Counted from the first letter of the stretch, positions 20,673 through 30,638 are shown. The stretch is DNA of 64,000 nucleotides from Rhabdothermincola salaria (GCF_021246445.1 NZ_JAJQXW010000002.1:372001-436000); one strand, 5' to 3'. A program made the numbers and translations. Notes: generated by a model not told the origin, from the letters alone.

Positions 20673-21665
20673 TCAGGCCGGATCCTCGGCGTCCGCCGCA
20701 GCCGCGACCTCTGCGGGGGCCTCACCGTCGGTGAGGCGTCGCACGGCCAGGATGGCGTTGACCTCGCCGCCGAGCAGCACGCCGACGGACAACAGGTAGA
20801 ACCACATGAGGGCGATGAGGCCGCCCCCGAGGAGCCCGAACACCTGGTTGGCCTCGCCCGCCAGGCCCAGGTACACCCGGAAGCCCACGGACACGAGGAT
20901 CCACGACGCAGCCGCGACCAGGGCGCCGGGCACGTCCCAGCGCCAGGGCGTCGAGTGGTTCGGGGCGATGTGGAAGACCGTGGCCGCCCACGCGACGACG
21001 AGCACCACCATCGTGGGCCAGCGCACCCAGTCCCAGAAGGTGGCGAAGCCGTCGCCGAGGCCCAACCAGTCCGCCACCGCCTGGCCGGTGCCGAGGAGCG
21101 GACCGATCACCAACATGGCCAACAGCGCGGCCCCGATCACGACCGAACCGAGCGCCAGGCCGACGGCGACGAGGCGCAGGCGGACCCACGAGCGATGCTC
21201 GGGCAGGTCGTAGGCGATGTCGAGGGCCCGCACCAGGGCGGCGAAGCCACGGGAGGCCGCCCACAGGGCGAGGACCACGCTGATGGTGAGCACACCGGGG
21301 CTCGACGTCTCGAACAGGGCGTCGACCGCGTCCACGGTGCCGCTGGCCTGGTCGCTAAGGACGTCGCTGAGCGCGGTCACCACCTGCTGTTGCGCCCGGT
21401 CGGCGACATCGCCGCCCGTCACCGCGTCGAGCACCCCCAGCACCGACGTGAGCGCCAGCAGCGCAGGGAAGAGGCTCAACATCCCGAAGAAGGCCACCTC
21501 GGCGGCCAGGCCCCCGACGCGGTCCTCCCGCCACTCGCGAGCCAGCTCCTGGCCGAAGGCCCAGGTCCTCGGCGCCGACCGACGGGCCCGGTCCTGCACT
21601 CCACGGGCCCGGTGCTGCGCCCGTCGGGCGCGGTCGGCCGCCCGATGCCAGGCCTGGCCGATCAC
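20673..21665 (-). CDS. YihY/BrkB family membrane protein
   Basis: GLAAEVAFFGMLSLFPALL, LWAASRG, PGALVA, LMWFYL..LLGGEVNA. Confidence 0.9.
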   Translation of the reverse strand: MIGQAWHRAADRARRAQHRARGVQDRARRSAPRTWAFGQELAREWREDRVGGLAAEVAFFGMLSLFPALLALTSVLGVLDAVTGGDVADRAQQQVVTALSDVLSDQASGTVDAVDALFETSSPGVLTISVVLALWAASRGFAALVRALDIAYDLPEHRSWVRLRLVAVGLALGSVVIGAALLAMLVIGPLLGTGQAVADWLGLGDGFATFWDWVRWPTMVVLVVAWAATVFHIAPNHSTPWRWDVPGALVAAASWILVSVGFRVYLGLAGEANQVFGLLGGGLIALMWFYLLSVGVLLGGEVNAILAVRRLTDGEAPAEVAAAADAEDPA

Positions 21666-21821
21666 GAGGCCGGCGCCACCCGCGGATCGAGGCGGCCCGG
21701 ACCCGGGAGGGTGGTCGTCGAGGAGCGGTGCACCACCTCGATGATGGCGCCCGGCCCGCGCCCTCCCAACTCCGTCGACGAAACAGCGGTCGAGCCTGGG
21801 TCGAAGCCGGCGACGGCTCCC

Positions 21822-22946
21822 CTACAGGTCGGCCACCTTCACCACCCGGGTCTCGAGGGGGGTGAGCGCCTCCTCGGGCAGCAGGAAGCGCCAGAACATG
21901 GTGCCGTGGGGCAGGCCTCGGGTGTCGAGCCAGTTGGGCACGCCCGGGTCCTCGTGCGCCAGGACCATCCGAAAGCTGCCGTCGGGCCCGTGCTCGGTCT
22001 GCACCCGGTTGAGCGACACCTGTCGCCGGTCGTAGTTGGGAGTCTGCATGTGGTTGTTGAACAGCACGATGTTGGCGAAGCGGCACCGGGGGAACCGCCC
22101 CCGGATCTCGAGCGCCTCGTCGGGGGCCAGCTGCCATCGGGCGCTGCGGTAGACGTTGTCGGCGGCCGCGTAGCCGATGCCGAGGTTCCCGTCGTCGGGC
22201 GGCGGGTTGGTGAACACGTTGGGCTCGGCCGAGACCCACGGGATGGCGCCGGGTGGCATCGGGTCGTGGCCCCAGTCGACGGTGACCGAGCGCAGGAAGG
22301 TGACGACCCGCCGAATGTTGGCGGCCACCGCGGCGTCGTCGGGCACGGGGGGCGGGCCGGGGTCGTCGAGCGGGGTGATGGACAGCGGCACCACCAGGTT
22401 GGGGTCGAGGTTGGCGCTGTGGCGCCACTCGAAGTAGTGCCGGGTGGTCACCGAGCCGGCGCCCTCGTCGAGGCGCAGCCAGTTTCGGGGACCGCTCGCC
22501 GGTTCGTCGGGTGACGCGATCAGCTCGTAGCTGCCATCGGGGTCGACGTCGAACTCATCGTCGTTGAGGGTGGCACCGAGCTGGCGGGACATGCCGCCAC
22601 CCGCGGTGCCGAGCTCGACGGTGAACGACGTGTAGCAGGCACCTGCGAGGTTGCCCCGGATCCGGTAGCGGCGGGTCGGGTCGATCGCCGTACCGAAGTA
22701 GATGGAGTCCGGGTTGTCGCCGAGCAGCTTCTTGGTGGGCGAGAACCAGCGGTACCAGCGCGGCCGCTGCGGGTCGGCCTCCAACCAGAACTGCAGCCCG
22801 TGGTGCAGGGCGTGCATGGCGAACTCGCGGTAGCCGGCCCGGTCGAGGTCGGTGGAGAAGTTCCACCGCTCGTGGTCGGCGTCGGCGTCGATCGCCGCGA
22901 TCAACGCCGAGAGCTCCTGCATCGCGGTCGCCGCGGTGTCGCCCAT
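21822..22946 (-). CDS. DUF1214-domain protein (paralog 2)
   Basis: GDNPDSIYF, TTRHYFEW, DGSFRMVLAHEDPGVPNWLDTRG. Confidence 0.8.
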   Translation of the reverse strand: MGDTAATAMQELSALIAAIDADADHERWNFSTDLDRAGYREFAMHALHHGLQFWLEADPQRPRWYRWFSPTKKLLGDNPDSIYFGTAIDPTRRYRIRGNLAGACYTSFTVELGTAGGGMSRQLGATLNDDEFDVDPDGSYELIASPDEPASGPRNWLRLDEGAGSVTTRHYFEWRHSANLDPNLVVPLSITPLDDPGPPPVPDDAAVAANIRRVVTFLRSVTVDWGHDPMPPGAIPWVSAEPNVFTNPPPDDGNLGIGYAAADNVYRSARWQLAPDEALEIRGRFPRCRFANIVLFNNHMQTPNYDRRQVSLNRVQTEHGPDGSFRMVLAHEDPGVPNWLDTRGLPHGTMFWRFLLPEEALTPLETRVVKVADL

Positions 22947-23205
22947 GTGGTCCCCCTTCGATGCCGCAGACCCGTCCGGCACTGCGGTCCGAGGCCCCCG
23001 CCCCGGCGGCGCCCATCCTTCCAGAACCCGGCCCCGGTCAGTCCGGAACCCGGGAGGCCACGCCCGGTGACGGCCCACGGGACGCCTGGTCGGCACCTGC
23101 TGTTCATCTCGGTCGTTCATCCGCGCCGGATCCCGGGTCCGTAGGAACGGCATCGCGGCAATTAGCGATAAACGTCACACAACCGCTCACCAGGGAGCCC
23201 ACCTC

Positions 23206-23763
23206 ATGAAGAAGATCCTCGCCGTCCTCGTCATGGCCGCCATCGGCCTCGGCCTGCTCGCCGCCCCGGCCGCCGCTCGCGGCGGCAAGCCGGGCGTGGT
23301 GCCCGGCAAGCCCGGCGCCGCCACCATCTACGACATCGCCTCCGGCAGCGACAGCTTCACCACCCTCACCGCCCTGCTCGACCTGTCCGGCCTCGACGCC
23401 GCCGTGCAGCAGACCGACTCGAAGCTCACGGTGTTCGCCCCCACCGACGGTGCCTTCGCCAAGCTGCCGGCCGAGTGCGTGACCTTCCTCACCAGCCCCG
23501 AGGGGGCCGACACCCTGGAGGCCGTGCTGCTCTACCACGTGACCGACGGCCGCCGGTTCTCCAACAGCGTCTTCGGCCAGAACGCCAAGACCGTGCCGAT
23601 GCTGGCCGCCGGTTCGATCACCGCCAACCCGGACCTGACGCTCACCGACGGTGCCGGCCAGACCGTGGGTGTGACCACCCCGTTCAACGTGAACGCCAGC
23701 AACGGCGTGATCCACGCCATCGACACGGTGCTGCTGCCCTTCGTGCCCGCCTGCGCCAGCTGA
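23206..23763 (+). CDS. secreted fasciclin (FAS1) domain protein
   Basis: Signal peptide; LTVFAPTDGAF, VLLYHV, NGVIHAIDTVL. Confidence 0.92.
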   Translation: MKKILAVLVMAAIGLGLLAAPAAARGGKPGVVPGKPGAATIYDIASGSDSFTTLTALLDLSGLDAAVQQTDSKLTVFAPTDGAFAKLPAECVTFLTSPEGADTLEAVLLYHVTDGRRFSNSVFGQNAKTVPMLAAGSITANPDLTLTDGAGQTVGVTTPFNVNASNGVIHAIDTVLLPFVPACAS

Positions 23764-23820
23764 CCCACCCCACACGGGAGCCGGCGAACCTGGACCGCCG
23801 GTGAACCACAGACCCCCCGC

Positions 23821-23848
23821 ACAGTGCGGCCCCACGGGGCCGCACTGT
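23821..23848. terminator. 12-13 bp stem-loop ACAGTGCGGCCCC-AC-GGGGCCGCACTGT
   Basis: Perfect inverted repeat downstream of the fasciclin gene, between convergent genes. Confidence 0.6.
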
Positions 23849-24104
23849 CGCGTCCGGCGAGCGGGTGACCGCCGGTCGTCAGCCCCTCACCCCGTCCGGC
23901 GCCATTCCGCAGCCTGGACGGCGAGCAGCCACTCCTTCGCCGCTCCCGCGCCCTGCTCGGCGGTGGTCCTGCAGGGGTCGCTTTCGCCACGACCTGGAAG
24001 TCGCAACGATCCCTCCGTGCCGCCAGGGCTACTGGCCCCGGCTCCACCGGGTCACGCCCGAGGGATCACTCGCACCGAGAGGTGGAGGCGGTCGGCTCGG
24101 TGGG

Positions 24105-25940
24105 TCAGGCGGCTCGGACGAGTTGGTGGGCTCGGTGGCGGATGAGGGCGTCGACGGCGTCGTCGTCGAGGGGTTCGCCGTCGGTGTCGTGGGGGCCGAG
24201 GGCGCCGCTGGTGAGCAGGGCCACGACCTCGTCGAGGATCTCGACGATCTCGGTCAGCTCGGCGCTCTCGGTCTTCTCGGCCCTCTCGCGCACCCCGGCC
24301 GTGGCTGGGGTCGGGGCCGGGTCGAAGACGTCGATGAACTCGCCGGGCACGACCAGGTCACCGTGTCCATCGGTGGCTTCGTCGGGCCTGGCCTCGTCGA
24401 TCCTGGTGCCCTCGAACCTGCCCTCGTCGGGCCGGGTGCCGGTGGGTGGGGTGAAGGGGTGGGGGGTGAGAGCGTCGACGGTGGGGTGGTCGAGTGGCAG
24501 TCGGGGTGGTCGGGTGCGTCTCGGGGGTGGTGACAGCACGGGTGGGCGGTCGGGGAACGTGAACACGACGGTGCCGTCGGGTTCGACGCTGAGCCCGTGG
24601 CCTTTGCGGTGCACCAGACCGTGATGGGCGCCGCAGAGGGCGACCAGGTTGGCGATGGCGGTGCCACCACCGTTGTTCCACGCGTCGATGTGGTGGATGT
24701 CGACCCACGCCGCCGGGGCGTGACAGCCGGGGAACCGGCAGGTGCCGTCACGGGCGAGGATCGCGTCACGCAACGTCGGCGTGGCCAGGCGGATCGATCG
24801 GCCGTGGTCGATCACCTGGCCGTCCACGGTCAACAACCGGGCCAGGGTGGTGCCTTCCCCGAACAGGTCGTTGACCACCTGCGGCGACAGGGCGCGACCC
24901 TCCAGGGTGCGGATGACCGTCGAACCCTGGGCCAGGGCGTGGGTGAGGAACGCCTCGGTGGCCGCCGTGTACCCGTGCAGGGCGCACCAGGCTTGGAGCT
25001 GCGCGGCGGTGGTGATCCCGGCGCCCCACAACACCGACCCAGCCAGAGCATCGAGGTCGGCGACGGCGAGGATGTGAGGATGCTGACGCCCCGGACGCCG
25101 ATCGGGGTTGTCGTGGTGGTCGAGGAAGAACTGGGCGATCGCCACCGACGCCTCGGCCCGGCGTTGCGCCGCGGTACGCACCTCACCAGGTTCATCAGCC
25201 CTCTCCGCGACCCGTAGGGCGTTCTCGATCACGGTGGCATCTCCCGGCGCGAAGGTGCTGCGCTGCTCGCCACGATCGCCGATGGTGCGCGCCCACTGCG
25301 TCTCCGACGGCGCCACCACCGGCGGAGCCTCCAACGCCGCCGGATCCGCGTCGGTGACCGCATCAGCACGGCACACCCAGTCCTCCACCACCACCTTGGT
25401 GTCCGCCAACGACAACCCGACCAGCACCGGCGAACACACTGCGTCGTGTTCGGCGTACAGCTCGACCAACGACTTCGGGATCAACCGGCACACCATCTCC
25501 ACCTGCGCCCCCGTCAACTCACCGCGCTGCCACAGCGACCGCATCTCGGACCAGACAGCCATGCGGGCCACCCGCACCAACAACCCCCGAGCCGCCGGTT
25601 CGGTCAACCCCAGACGGGCCCGCACCCACGACGCCTTGGTACCGAACCCCTCAGCCCGGTGCCCATCAGCGGCGAAGAACCCCACCAGACCCACCACCCG
25701 CCGCGCCTCCAACCCATCGATACGCCGCGACAACGCCACCAACTCACCATCAGAGACCGCCAAGCCCGCCGAAACGTCGGCACCCTCACCCGCGCCCGAT
25801 CGATCACCGGGGCCGAGGTGCTCGCCGCCCGCACCGGGCCCGGCGAGGGTGGGGCCGTTCGCATCAGGCCCGCCGCCGAGGGCGGCCGCGCTGACGTCGG
25901 CGGTGTCGCCCATCCCCCCGGTCCCAGCCCCTTCGAACAT
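24105..25940 (-). CDS. DUF222 + HNH endonuclease (REP13E12-like family)
   Basis: RTAAQRRAEA, RDGTCRFPGC..PAAWVDIHHIDAWNNGGGTAIANLVALCGAHH; probable start MFE at 25940. Confidence 0.88.
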   Translation of the reverse strand: MFEGAGTGGMGDTADVSAAALGGGPDANGPTLAGPGAGGEHLGPGDRSGAGEGADVSAGLAVSDGELVALSRRIDGLEARRVVGLVGFFAADGHRAEGFGTKASWVRARLGLTEPAARGLLVRVARMAVWSEMRSLWQRGELTGAQVEMVCRLIPKSLVELYAEHDAVCSPVLVGLSLADTKVVVEDWVCRADAVTDADPAALEAPPVVAPSETQWARTIGDRGEQRSTFAPGDATVIENALRVAERADEPGEVRTAAQRRAEASVAIAQFFLDHHDNPDRRPGRQHPHILAVADLDALAGSVLWGAGITTAAQLQAWCALHGYTAATEAFLTHALAQGSTVIRTLEGRALSPQVVNDLFGEGTTLARLLTVDGQVIDHGRSIRLATPTLRDAILARDGTCRFPGCHAPAAWVDIHHIDAWNNGGGTAIANLVALCGAHHGLVHRKGHGLSVEPDGTVVFTFPDRPPVLSPPPRRTRPPRLPLDHPTVDALTPHPFTPPTGTRPDEGRFEGTRIDEARPDEATDGHGDLVVPGEFIDVFDPAPTPATAGVRERAEKTESAELTEIVEILDEVVALLTSGALGPHDTDGEPLDDDAVDALIRHRAHQLVRAA

Positions 25941-25947
25941 GCGAGCC

Positions 25948-25969
25948 ATGCTATCAGACACATGTTCGA
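25948..25969 (-). promoter_or_regulatory. LexA/SOS-like box TCGAACATGTGTCTGA abutting a TAGCAT -10
   Basis: 2 mismatches to the actinobacterial TCGAAC-N4-GTTCGA consensus; the -10 lies 7 nt before ATG 25940. Confidence 0.6.
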
Positions 25970-26070
25970 GATCCAACATGATTGCTCTTTCTTTCATTGA
26001 CGACTGGAGCGATTCGAACAGATCCTCAGGGGGTGTCGCCGTTCGGCTGAGGCACCGATAGGAACGAGAC

Positions 26071-26436
26071 GTGGAAGAGATCGACCGGCCCAGAGCCGAA
26101 CAGCGGATCGGCCGCGAGCACGCCGAGGCCACTCACCTGGTCGGCGCTCTGTCCGTCGAACTGGACGAGATCGTCGAGTCGATGTCGCTGTCGAACAACG
26201 ACGACGAGCACGATCCCGAGGGCGCGACCAATGCCTACGAGCGAGCCAAGGCCACCGCGATGCTCCGCCAGGCGCAGAAGCGGCTGGTCGAGCTGGACCA
26301 GGCCCGGGCGCGTCTGCGTGAGGGCACCTACGGGCGGTGCCTGCGCTGCGGTGACGAGATCGCCTCCGAGCGCCTCGACGCACTGGTCACCGCGAGCCAT
26401 TGCCTCCGTTGTGCCGCCGAGGCGCCGCCCCGCTGA
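26071..26436 (+). CDS. TraR/DksA C4-type zinc finger protein
   Basis: DDEHDPEG, GTYGRCLRCGDEIASERL...CLRC. Confidence 0.9.
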   Translation: MEEIDRPRAEQRIGREHAEATHLVGALSVELDEIVESMSLSNNDDEHDPEGATNAYERAKATAMLRQAQKRLVELDQARARLREGTYGRCLRCGDEIASERLDALVTASHCLRCAAEAPPR

Positions 26437-26621
26437 GACCTGGGAACGCGCTGAGCATCGCCGCCGAGCCAGCAGCCGGATCGCGCAGGTGTGCCAGGCC
26501 GCTCGCCATCGCCGTCGACTGCGCCCCCTGAGCCGGCGATCTGGGACGCCGCGGCGCATCGTCGACGTCAGCTCCCGCTCCACTCCATCTCGACTCTGCG
26601 CCGGACCGTTAGGGTGCGGCG

Positions 26622-27449
26622 GTGGGGAGATTCTCGGGTCGTAGGATCATTGTTACCGGGGCAAGCCGTGGGATCGGGGCTGGTATGGCCGAGCGGTATG
26701 CGGCCGAGGGTGCCAGCGTCGTGGTCACTGCCCGCACGCTCGATCCGATCAAGGAACTGCACGGCAGTCTCAATGAGACCGTCGAGCGATGCTCCCGCTA
26801 CGGCTCGATGGTGTTTCCGCTGGTCGCGGATCTGGCTGATCCCGAGGATCGTGCTCGTGTGATTGGCGAGAGCGAGGCTCTTCTCGACGGACCGATCGAC
26901 GTGCTGATCAACAATGCCGCTGCCGGCATCCACCGACCCGCCGCCGAGCTGAGCTTGAAGCATCGTCGGATCATGCTCGAGGTGAACTTCCACGCACCGG
27001 TCGATCTGGCCCAGGCCGTCATCCCATCGATGCGGGAACGACGCGAAGGCTGGATCATCAACATCTCGTCGAGCAGCTCGGAGTTGACGCCAGGCCCGCC
27101 TCCGTTCCCGTGGTCGCCCATGGGTACCACCCAGGGTGCCTACGGCTCGAGCAAAGCCGCCCTCAACCGTTACTCGAACCTGCTCGGTATCGAGCTCTAC
27201 GGCACCGGCATCCGCGTCAACGCACTCCAACCCATCAAGCCGGTGGCGAGCGAGGGTGCGGTGTCGCATCTACAGGGGCGGATTTCGGCCGATCAGTTCA
27301 ACCCTGTCGAGGTGATGGCCGAAGCGGCCCTCGCGCTTGGGGAGTGTGAGCCCGAGTTGACTGCTCGACTGTGCGACGACGGGCCGCTCCTCGACGAACT
27401 CGGCATCACCGTCAGAACACTCGACGGCCTGCGCGAACTGGCTACCTGA
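26622..27449 (+). CDS. SDR family oxidoreductase
   Basis: TGASRGIG, NNAA, YGSSK; TAGGGT 6 nt before the GTG. Confidence 0.9.
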   Translation: MGRFSGRRIIVTGASRGIGAGMAERYAAEGASVVVTARTLDPIKELHGSLNETVERCSRYGSMVFPLVADLADPEDRARVIGESEALLDGPIDVLINNAAAGIHRPAAELSLKHRRIMLEVNFHAPVDLAQAVIPSMRERREGWIINISSSSSELTPGPPPFPWSPMGTTQGAYGSSKAALNRYSNLLGIELYGTGIRVNALQPIKPVASEGAVSHLQGRISADQFNPVEVMAEAALALGECEPELTARLCDDGPLLDELGITVRTLDGLRELAT

Positions 27450-27537
27450 CGGCAGCTGTCATACGCGCCCCCGCCCGGCGGTCTGGGGCAGGGTGTGCCG
27501 AGACTCGCTGCTCCCTTTGGGCCTGAGGGCCGATCAA

Positions 27538-27885
27538 TCAGACCCGAGGAGCGGGTTTCCAGGCGAGCACGGCGGCAGCTACGGCGGTGACCGCCGCCCA
27601 TGCGGGAAGCGCAGCCCACGCGGCGGCGCTGAGCGGCGTGCCGGAGGTGCCGCTGTTGCCGCCGGACAGCACCAGGCCGGCGAGCCCGGCTGCGGCGACG
27701 GCCATCGCCGCTGCATACAGCGTGAACCCGACTGTTGAGCCGCGGGGAAGCTCGACTGCTGGCCGACCGCTGACCCGGCGTGCTACCGCAGCGATGAGGA
27801 AGGTGCTCATGCCGACCGCTCCGGCCACACAGGCCCCCCATGCTCCGAGGACCAACAAGATCAGCACTGCCCTCACCGATGTCAC
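27538..27885 (-). CDS. hypothetical membrane protein
   Basis: Three hydrophobic segments; weaker codon bias; start uncertain. Confidence 0.45.
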   Translation of the reverse strand: MTSVRAVLILLVLGAWGACVAGAVGMSTFLIAAVARRVSGRPAVELPRGSTVGFTLYAAAMAVAAAGLAGLVLSGGNSGTSGTPLSAAAWAALPAWAAVTAVAAAVLAWKPAPRV

Positions 27886-28080
27886 TGTGCCCGCGCGCAG
27901 GGGGTGACGCAACCCTTCCGCCGGCGCCGGTGGTTTCAGTGCTCTCAGCGACAGAGGTCGCTCTGCGACAGGCCCAACGTCGCGCGAGCGACCGTCACCG
28001 AAGTGCCGTGTGAGGACACGCTGGTCGGGTGCCAGCGGCGAGAGCGTCGATGGGTCCAGGCGTGCGGGCACACGCCGGGT

Positions 28081-29436
28081 TCAGCCGAAGGTGCGGATGG
28101 CGGCCCAGCCGTCGCGGGCCAGGTCGCCGACCTTGAGCCCGGCTCGCTGGTAGCCCTCGAGGAAGGCCTTCACCGCGCCCTTCTTGGGCACCGGGTTGGT
28201 GACCGTGAACAGCTGCTCGACCAGATCGCAGGCCAGGGTGGGGTAGGCGTTCTGCACCCGGTCGGAGAGCACCAGGTGGGGGGCCCGGCGCAGCTTGCGG
28301 TGGTCCTGGAGCACGAAACCGCCCTCGAGGCGCCGGCGGTAGCCGGCCAGCCCCGCGGCGGACGTGTCGCCCATGGCCAGCGCCTCGTCGACCGCCCGCC
28401 CGGCCGCCTCCCCCGAGCCGATGGCGAAGTTCACGCCCTCCAACCAGATCCCGGCGGCCAGGCACATGCATGCTGCGTCGCCGGCCACGAGGATGCCGTC
28501 GCCGGTGAGCTCGGGCATGGTGTCGTAGCCCCCCTCGGGAATGAGGTGGGCCGAGTACTCCTTGAGCTCGGCCCCCTCGACCAGCGGGGCGATCATGGGG
28601 TGGGCCTTGAGGCCGGCGATCAGCTCCTCGGGTCGGATGCCCGACGCCGACAGGCCCGTGAGGCTGACCACGACGCCCACCGCCACGGTGTCGAGGTTGG
28701 TGTAGACGAACCCGCCACCGGGGATGCCCTGGGTGCAGCCCACGATCTCGAAGTCGGCGCCCTCTCGGCCCGACAGGGCGAAGCGCTTCTCGATCTCCTC
28801 GCGGGGCAGGGCCAGCACCTCCTTGGCCCCGAGCGTGAAGTGCTCGGGCTCGGGGTGCAGGTACATGCCGGCTTCCTTGGCCAGGAAGCTGTTGACGCCG
28901 TCGCAGGCGATGACGGCCCGGGCAGTGAGGTCTCCGTCGGGACGGTCGGTGCGGATGCCGCACACCTGGCCGGTGAGCTCGTCGACCAGCAGACCCCGCG
29001 CCGTGGTGGAGGTGACCAGCACGGCGCCGGCCTCCACCGCCTTGTCGGCCAACCAGGCGTCGAAGTCCGGGCGGTACGCGGTGGCGCCGTTGTACGGGGG
29101 CTCACCCCAGGCCGACGTGCGGTAGTCGACGGTGAGGGCCTGGTGGTCGGTCATGAGCACCGTGGCCCGGCGGGTGACCCAGCGCTGCACGGGGGCCTCG
29201 TCCCACCAGCCGGGGATGAGCTCGTCGAGGATGCGGGCGTAGATCACGCCCCCGTAGACGTTCTTGGAACCCGCGAACGGTCCGCGCTCCACGAGGCAGA
29301 CCGAGCGCCCGGCGCGGGCCAGGACCAGCGCCGCGGTCGCGCCCGCCGGGCCGGCCCCGACCACGATGGCGTCGAAGTCGTAGCGCTCGGGGGGCGCCAC
29401 CATGGTGGGCGTGCGGGAGGGGGCGTGCTCAACCAC
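28081..29436 (-). CDS. fixC: FixC-like FAD-dependent ETF:quinone oxidoreductase
   Basis: VGAGPAG, ERGPFAGSKNVYGG, EYSAHLIPEGG, AGDAA; start overlaps the ETF-alpha stop. Confidence 0.85.
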   Translation of the reverse strand: MVEHAPSRTPTMVAPPERYDFDAIVVGAGPAGATAALVLARAGRSVCLVERGPFAGSKNVYGGVIYARILDELIPGWWDEAPVQRWVTRRATVLMTDHQALTVDYRTSAWGEPPYNGATAYRPDFDAWLADKAVEAGAVLVTSTTARGLLVDELTGQVCGIRTDRPDGDLTARAVIACDGVNSFLAKEAGMYLHPEPEHFTLGAKEVLALPREEIEKRFALSGREGADFEIVGCTQGIPGGGFVYTNLDTVAVGVVVSLTGLSASGIRPEELIAGLKAHPMIAPLVEGAELKEYSAHLIPEGGYDTMPELTGDGILVAGDAACMCLAAGIWLEGVNFAIGSGEAAGRAVDEALAMGDTSAAGLAGYRRRLEGGFVLQDHRKLRRAPHLVLSDRVQNAYPTLACDLVEQLFTVTNPVPKKGAVKAFLEGYQRAGLKVGDLARDGWAAIRTFG

Positions 29437-30628
29437 GGGATCGGTCCTCCCCGGTGGGAACGGCACCGGCCGGCAACGACGGCTGGAGCTCGTTGTCGTC
29501 GCCCTGGGTGGGGGCGTCGACGGTGGTGATCTGGGACAGGCGCTCGGCCAGGGCCGCCAGCACGGCCGGGGCGTCGGCCACCACCGCCAGATCGGCCATG
29601 GCCATCATCGGGCAGCTGGCGTCGATGTTGACGGCGATGACGTGCTCGGGCTGGCCCAGGCCGGCGGTGTGCTGCACCGCGCCGGAGATGCCGAACGCCA
29701 GGTAGAGCTCGGGCTGCACGGTGACGCCGGTGGTGCCGATCTGGCGCTCGACGGGCATCCAGCCCCAGTCGGTGACCACCCGGGTGCCGCCCGTGGAGGC
29801 GCCGAGGGAGTCCGCCACCTCGGCCATCACCTCGATGGCCTCCGGCTTTCCCAGACCGGCGCCGGCACCCAGCAGGCGGGGGGCCTCGGCCAGGTCCATG
29901 GTGGAGGGATCGGCGGGCAACAGCTCGAGCAGCTCGGGATCGGGCGGCACCGATCCGGCGTCGGCGGGCACGAGATCGACCTTGCGGGTGCGGGGCTTGC
30001 GGGCCGGCCCGTGGTGGCGGTCGACGCCGCGCACACCGGGCTGGAGGGTGGCCACGAACGGGCCCGCCACCACGTGGGCCTCGGTGACCAGCCCGCCCCG
30101 CCGGGCCACGGTGGCGCCGTCGGGGCGCACGGCCACGGCACCGGCCAGCAGCGGACGGCCGAGCACGTCGGCCAGGCGGGGAGCCAGATCGCGCCCATCG
30201 GGCGAGGCGGGGACGATCACCACATCGGCGCCGGTCACTGTGGCGGCCAGGCCGGCGGCCCAGGCGCCGGGCGCGAAGTCGGGTTGCTCGCAGACCTGCA
30301 CGGTGCCCCGGGCGCTGGCGAGAGCCGCGGCCGCCTGCGCGGTGCCGTCGCCGACGAGCAGAGCCCGACCGCCGGCTTCGGCCACCGCTTCGTCGCCCCC
30401 GAGGGGGAGGTGGCCGTCGCGCACCGGCACCACGGCCAGCATCGACGGCCCGCCGGCCTTGGCCGCGCCGGACCGCCGTCGTGAGGCCGTGGTGGCGTTG
30501 GTCTTCTTGGCGGCCGGCTTCTTGGCGGCCCGCTTCTTGGCGGCGGGCGGATCCGAGGCCGCGACCCGCTGGGCCGCAGGCTCTTCGGCGGGCCCTGGGG
30601 AAGGGGTCGGACGACCGTTGGGGCTCAT
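29429..30628 (-). CDS. etfA: mycofactocin-associated electron transfer flavoprotein alpha subunit (FixB-like)
   Basis: GRDLAPRLA, TRVVTDWGW..RQIGTTG..VQPELYLAFGISGAVQH, IAVNID. Confidence 0.9.
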   Translation of the reverse strand: MSPNGRPTPSPGPAEEPAAQRVAASDPPAAKKRAAKKPAAKKTNATTASRRRSGAAKAGGPSMLAVVPVRDGHLPLGGDEAVAEAGGRALLVGDGTAQAAAALASARGTVQVCEQPDFAPGAWAAGLAATVTGADVVIVPASPDGRDLAPRLADVLGRPLLAGAVAVRPDGATVARRGGLVTEAHVVAGPFVATLQPGVRGVDRHHGPARKPRTRKVDLVPADAGSVPPDPELLELLPADPSTMDLAEAPRLLGAGAGLGKPEAIEVMAEVADSLGASTGGTRVVTDWGWMPVERQIGTTGVTVQPELYLAFGISGAVQHTAGLGQPEHVIAVNIDASCPMMAMADLAVVADAPAVLAALAERLSQITTVDAPTQGDDNELQPSLPAGAVPTGEDRSRG

Positions 30629-30638
30629 CGAGGCGACC

